A stretch of 64,000 nt of DNA from positions 197,823-261,822 of the forward strand of contig DASSEU010000051.1 in the NCBI GenBank assembly GCA_035695125.1, in the 5' to 3' direction. Made by a program: the position numbers and the translations under genes. The DNA comes from Acidimicrobiales bacterium (lineage in GTDB: Bacteria > Actinomycetota > Acidimicrobiia > Acidimicrobiales > JAJPHE01). Of this stretch, positions 47,677 to 57,437 are shown one piece after another (within the stretch, counting starts at the first letter, position 1; each line of letters begins with the position of its first letter). The notes beneath the pieces are model-generated. The model saw nothing but the letters and a program-made list of their open reading frames with translations, searched no databases and was not told the DNA's origin.

Positions 47677-48874
47677 GGGCCAGGGCGTTGCCCGAGTCCG
47701 AGTCGAACAGGAGCAGGCGTTCGGTGTCGACCGCCAGCACCGCCCGTTGGCCGGCCCGTAGCCGGCTGGCCACCTCGACCCGGGCGGTGCCGGCGGTGAA
47801 GGCCGCCGCGCCGATCTCCCCCTGGGCCAGGGTGCCGGCGTCCTCCCCCGGCTCGGCGGCGGGGGCGGTGTCGGCGCTCTGCAGCCGGGCGGCGTCGATC
47901 CGGAAGTGCACGAGCTTCTCCGAGCCCAGCGACTCCACCAGCTCGACCTGCCCCTCGAGGGTCGAGCCGGGCCGGGCACCGGTCCCGGCCAGCTCGGCGT
48001 CGGCCAGGTGCTCGGGGCGGATGCCGACCACGACCCTCCGGTCCCGCCGGCCCGAGAGCTCCGGCCGGCCGGCCAGAGGCCCGGGCAGGCGGAGCGTCTG
48101 GCCGCCGATCACGGCTGTGCCGCCGTCGGGGGCCAGGGTGGCCTCATAGAGGTTCATGGCCGGGGAGCCGATGAAGGCGGCCACGAACAGGTTGGCGGGG
48201 CGGTCGTAGACCTCCTGGGGCGGGGCGCACTGCTGGAGCACCCCGTGACGCAGCACCGCCACCCGGTCCCCGAGCGTCATGGCCTCGGTCTGGTCGTGGG
48301 TGACATACAGGGTGGCCACCCCCAGCCGGCGCTGGACCCGCGACACCTCGGCGCGCATCTGCACCCTGAGCTTGGCGTCCAGGTTCGACAGGGGCTCGTC
48401 CATCAGGAAGGCGGCCGGTTCGCGCACGATGGCGCGCCCCATCGCCACCCGCTGGCGCTGGCCCCCCGACAGCTGAGCGGGCTTGCGCCCGAGGAGCTCG
48501 GTGATCCCGAGCACGCGTCCCGCCTCCTCGACGCGGGCGCGGATCTGCTCTCTCGGCAGCTTGCGGAGCCGGAGTGAGAAGCCGATGTTCTCTTCCACCG
48601 TCATGTGGGGGTACAGGGCGTAGTTCTGGAAGACCATGGCCACGTCGCGCTCGCGCGGAGCCAGCTCGTTGACGATGCGGTCCCCGATGCGGACGGTGCC
48701 CGAGGTGATGGTTTCGAGACCGGCCACCATGCGCAGCACGGTTGTCTTCCCGCACCCGGACGGGCCGACCAGCACCATCAGCTCCCCCTCCGGGACCTCC
48801 AGGGACAGCTCCGCCACGGCGGAGGTGCCGTTGGGATAGGTCTTGGACACGGCGTCGAGGCGGATCTCGCTCAT
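47654..48874 (-). CDS. ABC transporter ATP-binding protein (MalK/UgpC-type with a C-terminal TOBE domain)
   Basis: MSEIRLDAVSKTY...GPSGCGKTT (Walker A)...LSGGQRQRVAMGRA (signature)...FLMDEPLSNLD (Walker B). The start is the internal Met of track ORF 47654..49084 and overlaps the permease stop. Confidence 0.85.
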   Translation of the reverse strand: MSEIRLDAVSKTYPNGTSAVAELSLEVPEGELMVLVGPSGCGKTTVLRMVAGLETITSGTVRIGDRIVNELAPRERDVAMVFQNYALYPHMTVEENIGFSLRLRKLPREQIRARVEEAGRVLGITELLGRKPAQLSGGQRQRVAMGRAIVREPAAFLMDEPLSNLDAKLRVQMRAEVSRVQRRLGVATLYVTHDQTEAMTLGDRVAVLRHGVLQQCAPPQEVYDRPANLFVAAFIGSPAMNLYEATLAPDGGTAVIGGQTLRLPGPLAGRPELSGRRDRRVVVGIRPEHLADAELAGTGARPGSTLEGQVELVESLGSEKLVHFRIDAARLQSADTAPAAEPGEDAGTLAQGEIGAAAFTAGTARVEVASRLRAGQRAVLAVDTERLLLFDSDSGNALAPTAGAGA

Positions 48875-49686
48875 CGGTACGCCCCGGCCGTGAGCCCGCT
48901 GACGATCCGGCGCTGCGCCACCAGCACCAACGCCGCGATCGGGATGGTGATGATCACCACGGCGGCGTCGATGCGGTTGTAGAAGACCTGGAACTGGCTC
49001 TGGCCGAAGTTCACGATCGCGACCGGTGCCGTGAAGTGGGACGGGTTCTCGAGGAAGGACACGGCAAAGGCGAAGTCGTTCCATGCCAGGATGAACGACA
49101 GGATGGCGGCGGTGAACACGCCCGGAGCGGCCACGGGGACCACTATCCGCCAGAGCGCCTGGAGGCGGGTGGCCCCGTCCACCTGAGCCGCCTCCTCCAG
49201 CTCCGCCGGCAGCTGGGCGAAGAAGCCGCGCAGGAGCCAGATGGCAATCGGCAGGGTGTAGACGAGGTAGGTGACAGCCAGGGGCCAGATGTTGTCGAGG
49301 AAGCCGAGCTTGCGGTAGAGGAGGAACAGCGGCCCGACCATGGCGAGGACCGGGAAGAAGCCGACGAGCAGGATGAACGCCAGCACCACCCCCGACCCCC
49401 GCATCCGGAGCCGGGCCAGGGCGTAGCCCGCCATCGACCCGAACACCACCGACACCACTGTCGTCGCCAGCGCCACCACGGCGCTGTTGACCAGCGGCCG
49501 GAGGAAGTGCTGCTGGGTGAAGTCGTCGACGAAGTTCGAGAAGGTCGGATGGGAGGGCAGGATCCCGTTGACACCTGAGGCCACCCCGGCGTTGGTCTCC
49601 AGCGCCGTGCGGAGGATCCAGTAGAAGGGGAACAGGGCCACCAGCACCGCGACGGTGACGGCCAGGTAGAAGGCGGCCCGCCTCAC
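48871..49686 (-). CDS. ABC transporter permease (carbohydrate uptake, MalG/UgpE-like)
   Basis: The EAA motif region AAQVDGATRLQALWRIVVPVAAP. GTG start overlaps the upstream permease stop (GTGA). Confidence 0.8.
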   Translation of the reverse strand: MRRAAFYLAVTVAVLVALFPFYWILRTALETNAGVASGVNGILPSHPTFSNFVDDFTQQHFLRPLVNSAVVALATTVVSVVFGSMAGYALARLRMRGSGVVLAFILLVGFFPVLAMVGPLFLLYRKLGFLDNIWPLAVTYLVYTLPIAIWLLRGFFAQLPAELEEAAQVDGATRLQALWRIVVPVAAPGVFTAAILSFILAWNDFAFAVSFLENPSHFTAPVAIVNFGQSQFQVFYNRIDAAVVIITIPIAALVLVAQRRIVSGLTAGAYR

Positions 49687-50555
49687 GTGCTGGGCCTCAT
49701 GAGGCGCACGTAGCCCCCGGCTATTAGCAGCGACATCACCACCAGCGCCACCGCCACGGCGCCGCCGTACCCGAAGTCGGTGTCGACCAGGAAGGCGTGC
49801 CAGTCCAGATACGACAGGGTCTCGGTCGAGGTGCCCGGGCCCCCGCCCGTCATGATGTACACCACGTCGAAGACCAGGAACGCCGACAGCGTGCGGAAGA
49901 TCAGCGCCACCATCAGCGCCGGCCGCAGCAGCGGCAGGGTCATGCGGCGGAAGGCCTGCCAGGCCCCGGCCCCGTCGATCCGCGCCGCCTCGTACACGTC
50001 GCCCGGTATGACCTGCAGGCCGGCCAGCAGGATGATGGCGATGAATGGGACGTTCTTCCAGGCGTCGGCCACGAGGATGGCCGCCCATGACGTCCACTCC
50101 CCGGCCAACCAGGTGGTCGACGATCCGGGCAGGTGCAGGACCTTCAGCAGGTAGTCGACGAACCCGGTGCGGGGGTCGAACATGGTCTTCCACAGGGTGG
50201 CGGAGACCACGGTCGGGACCGCCCAGGGCACCAGCACCGCCACCCGCAGGAGCCCCCTGCCCCGGAACGCCCGGTGCAGCATGAGCGCCAGGCCGAGCCC
50301 GATGACCGTCTCGACGGCCACCGAGACGGCTGTGAAGCCGGCCGTGCGCTCCAGGGCCCCGGCAAAGCCGGCGTGGAAGAGCCGGGCGTAGTTCGACGTG
50401 CCGGCCCACTGCCCGGACGCCCCCGCCTGGCTCAGGTTGACGTGGTGGAAGGAGTTCCAGAGGTTGTAGAGCAGCGGGTAGGCGGTGACGGCCAGCAGCG
50501 CCAGCAGCGCCGGCGCAACGAGGGCGTACCCGAGGCGCCGGTCCCCGGCCCGCAC
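49683..50555 (-). CDS. ABC transporter permease (MalF/UgpA-like)
   Basis: EAARIDGAGAWQAFRRMTLPLLRP, with multiple TM segments. Confidence 0.8.
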   Translation of the reverse strand: MRAGDRRLGYALVAPALLALLAVTAYPLLYNLWNSFHHVNLSQAGASGQWAGTSNYARLFHAGFAGALERTAGFTAVSVAVETVIGLGLALMLHRAFRGRGLLRVAVLVPWAVPTVVSATLWKTMFDPRTGFVDYLLKVLHLPGSSTTWLAGEWTSWAAILVADAWKNVPFIAIILLAGLQVIPGDVYEAARIDGAGAWQAFRRMTLPLLRPALMVALIFRTLSAFLVFDVVYIMTGGGPGTSTETLSYLDWHAFLVDTDFGYGGAVAVALVVMSLLIAGGYVRLMRPST

Positions 50556-50557
50556 GG

Positions 50558-51832
50558 CTAGCCGGCCAGCGATTTCACCGTCGGGGCGGTGCGGGTGAGC
50601 GCCGCCGCCGGCTGGGTCTGGTTGGAGAAGACCGACGAGAGCATGTCCTGCAGGTCCGAGGAGATCTGCAGGTAGTCGGGGCTCACCGGCCGGGCCTGGG
50701 CGGAGGAGTTGAGGGTCTTGACCGCCTGGAAGTACGGGGACTTGGCGTACAGGTCGGCGGTATAGGCCGCCGGGGACGCCGGGGGGTCACCCGTTGCCTC
50801 GGCCCGGGTCATCTGGGCCGCGTCGCTGGTCAGGTACTGGATGAGCTTCCACGCCGCCGCCTGGTGCGACGTCTTGGCGTTGATGGCCAGCATCTCCCCG
50901 CCGAGGGCCGAGCCCGGGGTCCCGCCCGGCCCGGCCGGGAACGGGATGTAGCCGACGTGGCCCTTGGCCGGTCCGCCCTTGGCGGCCTCCACGTTGACGA
51001 ACGGGTAGTCGATGGCGAAGGCGGCGTTGCCCGAGGTGAACTCCTGCTGCACCTGGCCCTCCTGCCACCCCGTCACGGCCTGGGGGGCGATGTGGTTGGT
51101 GTACACGGCGTCGTGCAGCCACTGGAGGGCCTGGCGGTTGCCCGTCGTATCGAGCTTGGAGGGATCGAGCTTGCCGCCGAAGGCTCCCTCCACGGTGAGG
51201 AAGGCGGTGATGGCCCCCTCGTACTTGGCACCCTCGAACGCCAGGCCCTCCTTGAGGGAGGGGTCCTTCTTCACCGCCGCCTCGGCGTCGGACACCACCT
51301 CGGCCGGGGTGGTCGGCGGCGTCGGGACCAGGTCGGTCCGGTAGAACAGGCCCTCGGGGTTGTCGAACCACGGGATGGCATAGGTCTTGCCGTGGTAGGT
51401 CCCCGCCGCCACCTCGGAGCCGAAGAAGCGGGAGGTGTCGGGGTGCAGGTCGTCGAGAGGTCGGATCCACCCGGCCTGGGCGAACTTGCCCGGGTAGGTC
51501 ACGTCGGACTCGAGCACGTCGGGCGTCGACGAGCCGGCGATGAAGCGCTGCTGCAGCTGTTGGAGGTAGGTGGTGCTGTCCGACGACAGGGTCAGGATCT
51601 GAACCTTGATCCCGGGGTTTGCCGCCTCGAAGGCGCTCACCGCCGCCTGGCTGGCCTGCAGCTCGCTGCCCAGGCCCGACTCGGCGAACACGATCGTCTG
51701 GGCCCCGGCCCCCGGGCTCCCCCCCGAGGAGCCGCCACCGGCCGTCCCCGACGACCCGCTCGACCCGCAGGCCGCCGCCACCAGGGCCACCAGCCCGACC
51801 GCCGCCGCCCGTCCCCGCACCCCTGCCCCCAT
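50558..51832 (-). CDS. ABC transporter solute-binding lipoprotein (carbohydrate family)
   Basis: MGAGVRGRAAAVGLVALVAAACGSSGSSG is a lipobox. Periplasmic-binding-protein fold. The start is the internal Met of track ORF 50558..52120. Confidence 0.75.
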   Translation of the reverse strand: MGAGVRGRAAAVGLVALVAAACGSSGSSGTAGGGSSGGSPGAGAQTIVFAESGLGSELQASQAAVSAFEAANPGIKVQILTLSSDSTTYLQQLQQRFIAGSSTPDVLESDVTYPGKFAQAGWIRPLDDLHPDTSRFFGSEVAAGTYHGKTYAIPWFDNPEGLFYRTDLVPTPPTTPAEVVSDAEAAVKKDPSLKEGLAFEGAKYEGAITAFLTVEGAFGGKLDPSKLDTTGNRQALQWLHDAVYTNHIAPQAVTGWQEGQVQQEFTSGNAAFAIDYPFVNVEAAKGGPAKGHVGYIPFPAGPGGTPGSALGGEMLAINAKTSHQAAAWKLIQYLTSDAAQMTRAEATGDPPASPAAYTADLYAKSPYFQAVKTLNSSAQARPVSPDYLQISSDLQDMLSSVFSNQTQPAAALTRTAPTVKSLAG

Positions 51833-51943
51833 CCTGGACCTCCCCGCTCGCGATCCGGCGCCGGCCCCGCCCGGGGCCGTCCGGGTACTGATTTCCAAGT
51901 GCTGGGGATCCGAACCACGCGGGCCTTGGGTACCTTTCCCGCC

Positions 51944-52195
51944 ATGTCCGACTACACCATCCCGGAACCCGAGCCCAAGGAGATCGACGAGAAGCTGGCG
52001 GTCGAGCTGGGGCACATGGCCTCGAACAACGTCCTGCGCGGCAAGCCCTCGGGCGACGAGAAGTGTGAGAACTGTCGGTACTACCTCGAGCCCTACAAGG
52101 ACATCTCCTACTGCTGGCACCCCAAGCTGCGCATCCTCGTCGGCGCCGAGTGGTGGTGCCAGTGGTGGGAGGCCATACCCGAGGACCAGTCCTGA
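51944..52195 (+). CDS. Small 4-Cys protein resembling a high-potential iron-sulfur protein (HiPIP), 83 aa, no signal peptide
   Basis: MSDYTIPEPEPKEIDEKLAVELGHMASNNVLRGKPSGDEKCENCRYYLEPYKDISYCWHPKLRILVGAEWWCQWWEAIPEDQS. Cys spacing C-x2-C-x12-C-x14-C and the aromatic context (CxNC, YCW, WWCxWW) match the HiPIP fingerprint, compared with C. vinosum HiPIP from memory. Confidence 0.55.
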   Translation: MSDYTIPEPEPKEIDEKLAVELGHMASNNVLRGKPSGDEKCENCRYYLEPYKDISYCWHPKLRILVGAEWWCQWWEAIPEDQS

Positions 52196-52208
52196 TCCAG
52201 GGCGCCGG

Positions 52209-53330
52209 TCACCGCAGGTCGGCCAGCGGGACCACCCGGCACCCGGTCCGGCCCGGCTCGGTCTCCGGCAGGAGGAAGCGCCAGAAGATCGTGCCCCGGC
52301 GGTGCCCCTCGCAGTCGAGCCAGTTGGGCACGCCGGGGTCCTCGTGGGCCAGCACGATCCGGTAGGTCCCGTCGGGCTCGAGAGCGATCTGGCTCATGTT
52401 GAGCGACGAGCGGCGGTTCCGGTACTCGAGGGTCTGCATGTGACGGTTCCAGAGCATCACGTTGGCGAAGGCGCACTTCGGCAGCTCTCCGGTCATGACC
52501 AGGGCCTGGTCGGGCTCGAGCTCCCAGCGCGCCAGGGCGTAGGTGATGTCGGCGGCGCCCGGTACCGGAAGGCCCGAGTCCCGGAAGCTGAAGGGGGTCG
52601 GAAGCACGTTGGGCTCGTTGGACACGAACGGGACCGGTGAGGGGGCGTCGGGGCGGCCCTGGCCGAGGGTGGCCTGGCGGAGGAAGGCCAGCCCCTCCTG
52701 CATGCGCTCGGCCAGGACGGTGTCGCGGAGCGGTGCCGGCGGAGGCTGCGGATCGAGGGTCTCGATCCCGATGGTGACATGCACGGCCGGGTCGTTCTGG
52801 GCGGATGTCGGGAGCTGGTAGTAGCTGCGGACCACGACGCTGTGGGCGGCAGGATCGAGCCGCATCCAGTTGCCGGGCCGCTCGTCGGGGGAGAGCACCA
52901 GCTCGTAGGACCCGTCGTCGGCTATCTCGAAGTGGCGGTCGTTGAGGTCCCCGAGCAGCGGGCCGGCCATGGCGCCGTCGGGGGAGCGGCCGTGGACCGT
53001 GAACGACGTGTAGCACTCCTGGCCGACGGTCCCGAACACGCGGTAGCTCCGGTCGCCGCGTATCCGGGCGAAATGGTAGATGGCGTCCGGGTTGTCTCCC
53101 TGCAGCTTGCGCGCGGGGGACACGATCGACGCGAAGCGGGGGTGGTCGGGGTCGGCCTCGAAGAACAGCTCGGACGCCGCTGACAGCAGCTGGCCAACGT
53201 ACCGGTAGCCCTCGACCACGTCGAGGGGGTCGGTGAACCGCTCCTCCGACAGCACGTACCCGTCCCGAATCTCGGTCAGGGTGGTGATCAGCGCGTCGAA
53301 AACAGCGGTGGTGGCCGGAGCCGGGTTCAT
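52209..53330 (-). CDS. Conserved hypothetical protein (possibly DUF1214/DUF1254-like)
   Basis: A 373 aa ORF with coding-like composition and no antisense alternative with recognisable domains. The family assignment is tentative. Confidence 0.55.
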   Translation of the reverse strand: MNPAPATTAVFDALITTLTEIRDGYVLSEERFTDPLDVVEGYRYVGQLLSAASELFFEADPDHPRFASIVSPARKLQGDNPDAIYHFARIRGDRSYRVFGTVGQECYTSFTVHGRSPDGAMAGPLLGDLNDRHFEIADDGSYELVLSPDERPGNWMRLDPAAHSVVVRSYYQLPTSAQNDPAVHVTIGIETLDPQPPPAPLRDTVLAERMQEGLAFLRQATLGQGRPDAPSPVPFVSNEPNVLPTPFSFRDSGLPVPGAADITYALARWELEPDQALVMTGELPKCAFANVMLWNRHMQTLEYRNRRSSLNMSQIALEPDGTYRIVLAHEDPGVPNWLDCEGHRRGTIFWRFLLPETEPGRTGCRVVPLADLR

Positions 53331-53414
53331 GCGAGGTCCCCCGTCGTTGTCCCGAAGTCGGGGAATGGCCTATACCTTGACCCCGAACGTGTCCAGCGCG
53401 AAGGAGAAGGCGTC

Positions 53415-54665
53415 GTGAAAGCTCTGGTCTTCGGGGTGGCGCCGGAGCCGTGGTCCCCGCCTGAGGACGCCAACCCGCTCCTGCGCAACCTGTCGGTCTC
53501 TCCGATGCGGCTGGTGGACATGCCCGACCCCCGGCCCCTCCGGCCCGACTGGGTGATCACCCGCCCCCGCCTCGTCGGCATCTGCGGGTCGGACTCCAAG
53601 CAGGCCCTCCTCGACTTCGGCCCCGAGTCGGCCGACAGCCCGATGATGGCCTTCTGCTCCTTCCCCCAGGTCATGGGCCACGAGGTCGTGGCCGAGGTGG
53701 TGGAGCTGGGCCCGGAGGCCCGGGGGCTCGAGGTCGGCCAGCGCGTCGTGCTCAACCCCTGGCTCACCTGCGCGCCCCGGGGCGTGAGCCCTCTGTGCCC
53801 GGCGTGCGAGGCCGGGGACCTGAGCCTCTGTCACAGCTTCAGCGAGGGACCGATCAGCGCCGGCATCCACACCGGCGTCTCCAGCGACGCCACCGGCGGC
53901 TACGCCGAGCTGATGCCCGCCCACACCAGCATGCTGTTCCCCGTCCCGGACGGGCTGGCCGACGAGCAGGCCGTGTTTGCCGATCCCTTTGCCGTGTCCC
54001 TCCACGGCGTCACCCGGCACCCGCCGCCCCCGGGAGGCAAGGTCCTGGTCTACGGGGCCGGTGCCCTCGGCCTCAGCGCCATCGCCATCCTCCGGGCCCT
54101 CCACCCCGACGTGGAGATCGCGGTCGTGGCCCGCTTCCCCGCCCAGGTGGACATGGCCCGCAGGCTCGGTGCCGCGGTCGTCGTCGACCCCGAGGACCGG
54201 CTGGCGATCATCGAGGAGCTGGCGGCGTGGTCCGGCGGCCGGCTGGCCCGGGGCGGGATGATGACCGACGACGGTCCGGCCCTGCCGATGTGCCACCCCG
54301 GCGGGATCGACGTGGTGTACGACACCATCGGGAAGGCCGAGACCTTCGAGGTCGGGGTGCGCCTGCTCAAGGCCCGGGGCACCCTCGTCAAGAGCGGTGT
54401 CCACGGCCCCGCCCGCTGGGAGTGGACGCCGCTGTACTTCAAGGAGATCTCGTGGGTGGGCTCCAACGCCTTCGGCGTCGAGGAGGTCGACGGGGAGCGG
54501 GCCCACGGCATCGAGCACTACCTGCGGATGGCGGCGGCGGGCCGGGTGGACCTGACCGGGATGCTCACCCATACCTTCCGGCTCCCGGAGTGGCGGGAGG
54601 CCTTCGCCACCATCGCCGACCAGGGCCGCACCGGCGCCATCAAGGTCGCCATCGACCACCGCTGA
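53415..54665 (+). CDS. Zinc-dependent alcohol dehydrogenase family (MDR)
   Basis: GICGSDSKQ...GHEVVAEV (catalytic Zn ligands)...CPACEAGDLSLC (structural Zn)...VLVYGAGALGLSAI. Confidence 0.8.
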   Translation: MKALVFGVAPEPWSPPEDANPLLRNLSVSPMRLVDMPDPRPLRPDWVITRPRLVGICGSDSKQALLDFGPESADSPMMAFCSFPQVMGHEVVAEVVELGPEARGLEVGQRVVLNPWLTCAPRGVSPLCPACEAGDLSLCHSFSEGPISAGIHTGVSSDATGGYAELMPAHTSMLFPVPDGLADEQAVFADPFAVSLHGVTRHPPPPGGKVLVYGAGALGLSAIAILRALHPDVEIAVVARFPAQVDMARRLGAAVVVDPEDRLAIIEELAAWSGGRLARGGMMTDDGPALPMCHPGGIDVVYDTIGKAETFEVGVRLLKARGTLVKSGVHGPARWEWTPLYFKEISWVGSNAFGVEEVDGERAHGIEHYLRMAAAGRVDLTGMLTHTFRLPEWREAFATIADQGRTGAIKVAIDHR

Positions 54666-54709
54666 TCGGGCGTTCTATAAGACAACCCACTGCGGTATGC
54701 TGAGAGGCC

Positions 54710-55189
54710 GTGGAACGCAAGAGCTTCGCCGACATGCACTGCTCGGTCGCCCAGTGCCTGGAGGTGGTCGGGGAGTGGTGGTCGCTGCTCATCATCCGTG
54801 ACGTGTTCCTCGGCGTGACCCGCTTCGACCAGTTCCAGGAGCGCCTGGGCATCTCGCGCAACATCCTCCAGCAGCGCCTCAACCATCTGGTCGAAGCCGA
54901 CGTGCTGAAGAAGGTGCCGTACAGCGAGCACCCGCCCCGCTACGACTACCGCCTGACCGCCCAGGGGCGCGACCTGTGGCCGGTGCTGACGGCCATGCGC
55001 CAGTGGGGGGACAGGTACGCCGCTCCCGACGGCCCCCCGCTCCACGTCGTGCACAAGGCGTGCGGCCGGGTGTCCCACGCCGTCATGACCTGCTCGAGCT
55101 GTGGGGAGCGGCTGACGGGACGCGACGTGCGAGCCGTCCCCGGCCCCGGTGATCTCGACGACCTGATGGAGGCCGCTCCCGCCGAGTAG
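54710..55189 (+). CDS. HxlR-type winged-helix transcriptional regulator
   Basis: CSVAQCLEVVGEWWSLLIIRDVFLGVTRFDQFQERLGISRNILQQRLNHLVEADVLKK. The C-terminal CxxC/CxxC tail is unusual. Confidence 0.75.
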   Translation: MERKSFADMHCSVAQCLEVVGEWWSLLIIRDVFLGVTRFDQFQERLGISRNILQQRLNHLVEADVLKKVPYSEHPPRYDYRLTAQGRDLWPVLTAMRQWGDRYAAPDGPPLHVVHKACGRVSHAVMTCSSCGERLTGRDVRAVPGPGDLDDLMEAAPAE

Positions 55190-55199
55190 GGCGGCGCCG

Positions 55200-56165
55200 T
55201 CAGCTCCCTGCCGGCGGGAGGAAGCGGCCCAGCGAGCCGACCACCTCGTAGAACTCGGCCACGGTGCCGTGGATGATCTCCCGCACCGGGAGCATCTTGC
55301 GTATCCGTCCCGCCACCTGGCCGCCGAAGGCGAAGCCCCGGTCCAGATGACCGCCGAAGTAGAGGTCGAGGATGCCGTCAATCCCCACGGTCGCGCCCAT
55401 CACCACCTTGGGCTCGTGCTCGAGCGCCTCCGTGAACGGGGTCCGCATCACGCGGTAGGCGGGGCTGGAGTACGGGCTCAGCACCACCGTGTCGGTGGCA
55501 TCGGCGTCGACGACCAGCCGCTTGTAGTTCTCGTGCACCGGTGACTCGAGCGCCGACACCATTCGTGTCCCCATCTGCACGCCTTCCGCCCCCAGGGCAA
55601 AGGCGGCCGCCATCGACACTCCATCCACCATCCCTCCGGCCGCGATGACCGGCACGTCGAACTCGGCGCAGACCTGGGGGAGCAGGACGATGGTGGAGAC
55701 GGGACGGGTGCTCTTGAACCCGCCCCCTTCGCCCCCTTCGACCACCAGGCCGTCGACCCCGGCCGCCACCGCCTTGGCGGCGGCGCGCAGCGAGGGAACG
55801 ACGTGGAACACGGTGATGCCGGCGTCGTGCAGGGCGGCCGTGTACCGCGTGGGGTCTCCCGCCGACGTGGTGACGAAGCGCACGCCCTGGGCGGCCACGA
55901 AGCCCACCACGTCCAGGTCCCCGACGAGCATCTGGGCGATGTTCACCCCCCACGGCCGGTCGGTGAGCTCCCGCATCTTCTCCATCTCGACGCGTACCTC
56001 GTCGAGCCGACCCGAGGACGTCTCGACGATCCCGAAGGCGCCGGCCTCGCAAACCGCCGAGGCCAGCTGGGCCCGGGCGATGTATCCCATCGGGGCCTGC
56101 ACGATCGGGTAGTCGACGCCGAGCAGCTCGCTCACCCGGGTGCGCAGGGGAGCGGGGACATCCAT
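55200..56165 (-). CDS. Nitronate monooxygenase / enoyl reductase II family (FMN-dependent TIM barrel)
   Basis: LLGVDYPIVQAPMGYIARAQLASAVCEAGAFGIV...IAAGGMVDG. The start is the internal Met of track ORF 55200..56252. Confidence 0.8.
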   Translation of the reverse strand: MDVPAPLRTRVSELLGVDYPIVQAPMGYIARAQLASAVCEAGAFGIVETSSGRLDEVRVEMEKMRELTDRPWGVNIAQMLVGDLDVVGFVAAQGVRFVTTSAGDPTRYTAALHDAGITVFHVVPSLRAAAKAVAAGVDGLVVEGGEGGGFKSTRPVSTIVLLPQVCAEFDVPVIAAGGMVDGVSMAAAFALGAEGVQMGTRMVSALESPVHENYKRLVVDADATDTVVLSPYSSPAYRVMRTPFTEALEHEPKVVMGATVGIDGILDLYFGGHLDRGFAFGGQVAGRIRKMLPVREIIHGTVAEFYEVVGSLGRFLPPAGS

Positions 56166-56196
56166 CAGACCACGCAAGCTAGCTGCCCTTGTCAGA

Positions 56197-57384
56197 ATGG
56201 CCCCGATGGTCACCACCACCGATGTCGACGAGCAGCAGGTCCGTTCCCTCACCCGCCAGCTCCTCGAGGAGTTCGGGGACGCCGACGACGCGGCCTTCTT
56301 CGGCGCCCAGTTCGACCTCGGCCTGGCCCGGGTCGACCACCCCCGCGGCTACGGGGGCCTCGACGCCGAGCCCCGGCTCCAGGACGTCGTCGACTCGACC
56401 CTCGAGGCGGCGGGGCGGCGGGGCCAGTGGACGCGCAACCCGATGGGCATCGGGATGTGCGGTCCCACCATCGTGGCGTGGGGCACCGAGGAGCAGAAGC
56501 AACGGTTCCTGCGCCCGATCTTCACGGCCGAGGAGATCTGGTGCCAGCTCTTCAGCGAGCCGGGGGCGGGATCCGACGTGGCCGGCCTGGCCACGCGTGC
56601 CGTCCGCGACGGGGACGAGTGGGTGATCACCGGCCAGAAGGTGTGGACGTCGTCGGCGCACATGGCCAGGTGGGGGCTCCTGCTGGCGCGGACCGATCCC
56701 GACGCGCCCAAGCACAAGGGCCTCACCGCCTTCGTGGTGGACATGCACGGCCCCGGCGTCGAGGTCCGGCCCCTGCGGCAGATGTCGGGTGGGGCCAGCT
56801 TCAACGAGGTGTGGTTCTCGGAGGCGCGCACGCCCGACTCCTTCCGTGTCGGCCCGGTGGGGGAGGGATGGAAGGTCGCCACCACCACCCTCATGAACGA
56901 GCGCGTCTCGATCGGGGGGACGGTGGCTCCCCGCGGCAGCGGCCCCATAGCCCAGGCCCTGCAGGTCTGGTCCAGGTCCCGGCGCCGGGACCCGGTGGCG
57001 CGCGACCGCTTGGCCAGGCTCTGGATCGAGGCCGAGGTGCTCCGGCTCGGGAATATGCGGGCCCAGGCGCTGCGGGAGAGGGGAGTGCCGGGGCCGGAGG
57101 GCTCGATCCTCAAGCTCGGCGGTGCGCTGCTGAACCAGCGCATCTCCGAGTTCACCGTCGACCTGCTCGGTCCCGACGGGATGCTGTGCTCGGGCTACCG
57201 GCCCGCCAGCCGCGACGAGCTGCTGGCCGATCCGGTGATCGGCTTCCTGTCCAGTCAGTCGAGCACCATTGCCGGGGGCACCTCCGAGGTCATGCGCAAC
57301 ATCCTGGGTGAGCGCGTCCTCGGGCTGCCCCGGGAGCCGGGGGTGGACCCGTCCACGCCCTGGAGCCGGATCCCCCGCAGCTGA
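56197..57384 (+). CDS. Acyl-CoA dehydrogenase (paralog of 7424..8614)
   Basis: EEIWCQLFSEPGAGSDVAGLATRAVRDGDEWVITGQKVWTSSAHMARWGLLLARTD...FVVDMHGPGVEVRPLRQMSGGASFNEVWF. Long identical blocks are shared with the ACAD at 7424..8614. Confidence 0.8.
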   Translation: MAPMVTTTDVDEQQVRSLTRQLLEEFGDADDAAFFGAQFDLGLARVDHPRGYGGLDAEPRLQDVVDSTLEAAGRRGQWTRNPMGIGMCGPTIVAWGTEEQKQRFLRPIFTAEEIWCQLFSEPGAGSDVAGLATRAVRDGDEWVITGQKVWTSSAHMARWGLLLARTDPDAPKHKGLTAFVVDMHGPGVEVRPLRQMSGGASFNEVWFSEARTPDSFRVGPVGEGWKVATTTLMNERVSIGGTVAPRGSGPIAQALQVWSRSRRRDPVARDRLARLWIEAEVLRLGNMRAQALRERGVPGPEGSILKLGGALLNQRISEFTVDLLGPDGMLCSGYRPASRDELLADPVIGFLSSQSSTIAGGTSEVMRNILGERVLGLPREPGVDPSTPWSRIPRS

Positions 57385-57437
57385 GTGGGCACGGACTGAC
57401 AGACGGTCCCGTCGCCCGAGGCCGGGACTCTCGCGTG

